DNA of 61,622 nt, the filler included, from Candidatus Woesearchaeota archaeon (GTDB lineage Archaea > Nanobdellota > Nanobdellia > Woesearchaeales > CAZJJJ01): NCBI GenBank assembly GCA_046538795.1. It is 4 parts of 4 records of this genome, joined end to end, with 100 filler letters (N's around TTAATTAATTAA, not from the genome) between each part and the next. Parts side by side here need not be neighbours in the genome. Positions count along the whole stretch, not along the records: positions 56,336 to 61,622 come from JBKHIF010000080.1; 3 more parts are not named here. One strand, given 5' to 3'. The translations under genes were made by a program, and so were the position numbers. The notes under the pieces are model-generated. The model was not told the DNA's origin and ran no database searches. It saw nothing but the letters and a program-made list of their open reading frames with translations. This document shows positions 58,758 through 61,622 of this stretch, in pieces (the first letter of the stretch is position 1; each line of letters opens with the position of its first letter).

Positions 58758-58878
58758 TTCTTTTTTAATTATTATTTTCTATTTGTTTGATTTTTTGGAC
58801 TATTTATATATATGTTCTCTACAGGTTTGCTTTTTTCTTAGAAAGATTTAAAAAGCAGTTTCTTATTAGTTAATATTC

Positions 58879-59835
58879 ATGATAGATGTAAATATCTATA
58901 CCCGAAGCGGTATAAAAAAGGGATCTGTCGATGACATACATCCAAAAAGCAAGTTTGCCTGGGTTGATTGTTACAAGCCGACCAATGAAGATTTTAAGAT
59001 AATTGCTGAGAAATCAAAGATTCCTGTTCCAATTCTTAAGAGATCTTTAGATGAAGATTTAAGGCCGAGGGCTTTGGATGTTGGCGATTATTCTGAATTC
59101 ATATTCAGGGCTTACTATTCTCCAAAGAAGGGTCAGCATGAACTCAAAAATTTCTCGATATTCACGTGCGCTGACAGGAATAATCTTATTATCCTTAGAA
59201 ACCACAAGATAAAGGCTATAGAAAAGATAAACACTCTTACTCCTGAAGGAAAAAAAACTCTTACAATGAAAGGCATTGGCTATTTATTATACAGGATAAT
59301 TGATGAGATCTTGTTTGAATACTTTGAAGTGCTTGATGATATTGAGGATGAGATTGAGGCAATCGAAGAAAAGATATTCAATGCCCGCGACAAGAAAATG
59401 CTTACAAAGATATTTAACATGAAAAAGACATTGATCTATTTCTACAAAGGCATGTCTGCGAATAGAGAAGCAATCTCAAATATCCAAAAAGAATTCATAA
59501 CAGGAATCGAGAAGAAAAACACAAGGATATTTCGCGATCTTTACTCTGACTGCACTCAGATAATGGATATTGTCTCAACGTATAGAGAGCTTTTGACAGG
59601 AGCTGTCGAGATACATCTTTCAGCAGCTTCAAACAACCTTAATGAGATTGTGAAAGTTCTTTCATCATTTGCAGCGATCATAATGGTCCCTACTTTGATT
59701 ACAGGAATATATGGTATGAATTTCAAGTTCATGCCTGAACTTGCCTGGAAGTTTGGATATCCTGCTTCCATACTTCTCATGGTTGTTTCAGGAGTTGTGC
59801 TTTTCACGATTTTTAGGAAAAAACAGTGGATGTGA
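58879..59835 (+). CDS. corA: CorA-family Mg2+/Co2+ transporter
   Basis: FRDLY, SNNLNEIVKVL, PTLITGIYGMNF..MPEL.W.FGY. Confidence 0.95.
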   Translation: MIDVNIYTRSGIKKGSVDDIHPKSKFAWVDCYKPTNEDFKIIAEKSKIPVPILKRSLDEDLRPRALDVGDYSEFIFRAYYSPKKGQHELKNFSIFTCADRNNLIILRNHKIKAIEKINTLTPEGKKTLTMKGIGYLLYRIIDEILFEYFEVLDDIEDEIEAIEEKIFNARDKKMLTKIFNMKKTLIYFYKGMSANREAISNIQKEFITGIEKKNTRIFRDLYSDCTQIMDIVSTYRELLTGAVEIHLSAASNNLNEIVKVLSSFAAIIMVPTLITGIYGMNFKFMPELAWKFGYPASILLMVVSGVVLFTIFRKKQWM

Positions 59836-60176
59836 GATGAAATTGCTGAAAAAACTGCTAAAAACATGTAATTTCTTTTTAAATGAAATGCTACATTTTA
59901 TAAAATTATCTGGAAAAAACTCAGAAAAATGCAGTTATTTATTCAAAAGTGACAACGCACCAAATGTGCGGAATTTGCAGGAATCTGGCTTTTATTCGGA
60001 GGTTTGCAAAACCTCTTGCAGTGTACCTTACGAAAGTTTTATAAATGAGTTGAATATCATTTGACATGTGATTAGGCTATTTTATACAGTTTAATGGTCT
60101 GGTTGCAAAAACAAAAAAGCATGGTCATATAATATATGGCGACGTTTTATGCTAAGCCAAACACGGAGGTGTTTAG

Positions 60177-61622
60177 ATGAACGTGAAAAAGGCAATTAGG
60201 AAAATTTTGGCCCTTGGAACAGGCGCAACCATTATGGGTGCGACAATTCTGGGAGCTACAGCTGCAGATCTAGCGAATTTCCCTGCACCATTTGTCCAGG
60301 ACGGAGCATATAATGCACAGATCGTAGTCGGCGAAGGTGCGCAGGTACCTGATGTTGTAGGAGCAATTGATATTGCAACAAGATTACAGTATGAGATGAA
60401 GCAGGTTGCATCAGAAACTGGTGGAGCAGCGACTACTGTTACTGTTTCTGGAGATGCAGAAAGGGTTCAGACAACAACAGACATCCTTGAGATAGGTGAA
60501 GATCTTAATGGTGTCAGAGAAGTATTCTCTGAATCTCAACTAGATGCTCTTGCTTCTGGAACCTTTAGGAACAACAAAGGGAGTTTTTCATATGACCAGA
60601 GGATCGATCTGTCAAGTTCAACCTTGAAAGTAGATTATGTTGAAGATGATGATAGGAATGAAGCAGGAGATTATCTGTATGTTGAAAATGATGCACATAT
60701 ATATACATATGAAGTCAACTTCCCGACCGCATTGAAAACTGCAGAAGATTCAGGAGACTTAACTGATCTTACAGATAAAAGCATAAGCCTTATGGGTCGA
60801 AATTATGCGATAACGACAGCAACTGTTGATGATGCTGGAGATGTCAAGCTTGAGCTTATGGGTGGAGACATTTCAGATACTCTATTTGAGCTGGAAAGCA
60901 AGACCTATACGCTAAACGGCAAGGACTATGAGGTTACTGTAAGTTTCATCGGTTCATCTGGTGATGATACTGTTGTAAAGTTCAGTGTTGTCTATGATGG
61001 TCAGACTGAGGTTACATCATCTATTGCATCAGGCGAGTCATACATGCTTGAAGATGGTGTTGAGATCGGTGTAAGGGATGCTCTTGAGCAGAACGATCCG
61101 TCTGGTGTCATGAAGGATTTCACAGAATTCTACATGGGCGCAAACAAGGTTATCCTTGAGAATGGTGAAAGTCTTGAAGTCGGCGCAGATTCTTTGAGAG
61201 ATGCAACTGTGACAATAGATTCAACAGGAGTTGAAGATGACGAAGAGGTTACTATCAATAAGATAAGCATATCTGTTGTTGCTCCTGACAATTTGTATGT
61301 GCCTGCAGGTGGGATGTTAAGCGAAGAGCTTGAAAGCGATGAGAAAGGTCTGCTTTTTGCAGAGAACTTTGATTTCAAGTATGCTGGATTGACTGCTCCA
61401 AGTACAGAGACTGTTAAGTTTTCAACGTCAGATTCTGATAGGCAGGTAAATATTGAATTTACCAACCGCGAAGGCAGTGAGTATACTTTGCCTGTGTTCT
61501 ATTCGAACAGCGTTGCTGGTCAGACCAGTGATGGATGGTTGGGAGACAAAGACGGACAGTTATATACTGTTGAGATGAACGCTTCAACAACTGGTGGAGA
61601 CGACTTTGGCGCTTTGAGCGGT
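60177..61622 (+). CDS. S-layer protein (Methanococcales/Thermococcales-type N-terminus), partial; runs off the window
   Basis: Manual translation MNVKKAIRKILALGTGATIMGATILGATAADLANFPAPFVQDGAYNAQIVVGEGAQVPDVVGAIDIA..; GGAGGT RBS. Only the 5' part was translated by hand; absence from the ORF track fits a stop codon outside the window. Confidence 0.85.
   Translation, partial: MNVKKAIRKILALGTGATIMGATILGATAADLANFPAPFVQDGAYNAQIVVGEGAQVPDVVGAIDIATRLQYEMKQVASETGGAATTVTVSGDAERVQTTTDILEIGEDLNGVREVFSESQLDALASGTFRNNKGSFSYDQRIDLSSSTLKVDYVEDDDRNEAGDYLYVENDAHIYTYEVNFPTALKTAEDSGDLTDLTDKSISLMGRNYAITTATVDDAGDVKLELMGGDISDTLFELESKTYTLNGKDYEVTVSFIGSSGDDTVVKFSVVYDGQTEVTSSIASGESYMLEDGVEIGVRDALEQNDPSGVMKDFTEFYMGANKVILENGESLEVGADSLRDATVTIDSTGVEDDEEVTINKISISVVAPDNLYVPAGGMLSEELESDEKGLLFAENFDFKYAGLTAPSTETVKFSTSDSDRQVNIEFTNREGSEYTLPVFYSNSVAGQTSDGWLGDKDGQLYTVEMNASTTGGDDFGALSG

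Overview
AT-rich archaeal sequence, most consistent with a DPANN/Woesearchaeota-like genome (inferred from archaeal L11, L21e, L37e, S8e, RpoF, LonB, Kae1, SmAP, histones, a Methanococcales-type S-layer gene and a divergent 23S rRNA). Four contigs are joined by artificial 100-nt N/TTAATTAATTAA/N linkers (25439-25538, 50412-50511, 56236-56335), so adjacency across them means nothing. Contig 1 holds rpl11, sod and a ~23-kb locus of secreted, sequon-rich surface proteins: four ~690-aa paralogs, two giant proteins that share domains with them, two paralogous accessory membrane proteins, HTH regulators and a tandem tyrosine-recombinase-fold protein lacking most catalytic residues. Contig 2 holds the 3' part of 23S rRNA, a tandem paralog cassette, a ZIP transporter, a long RelA/SpoT homolog, kae1, lonB, sepF, a GH16/LamG secreted protein, rpl21e-rpoF-DUF655 and the standout locus: a His-Xaa-Ser RiPP-like cluster with four radical SAM enzymes, two HxsD-like proteins, an A24 prepilin-type peptidase and a precursor joining a Flp-pilin-like leader to 27 His-led tripeptides. 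Contigs 3-4 carry two histone-fold proteins, a Lys-rich protein, gltX, tRNA-Leu(UAG) with a duplicated 5' end, purA, rpl37e, SmAP, rps8e, corA and the start of an S-layer gene. A structured non-coding repeat occurs three times at gene 3' ends. All calls come from reading motifs by eye; no database searches were run.
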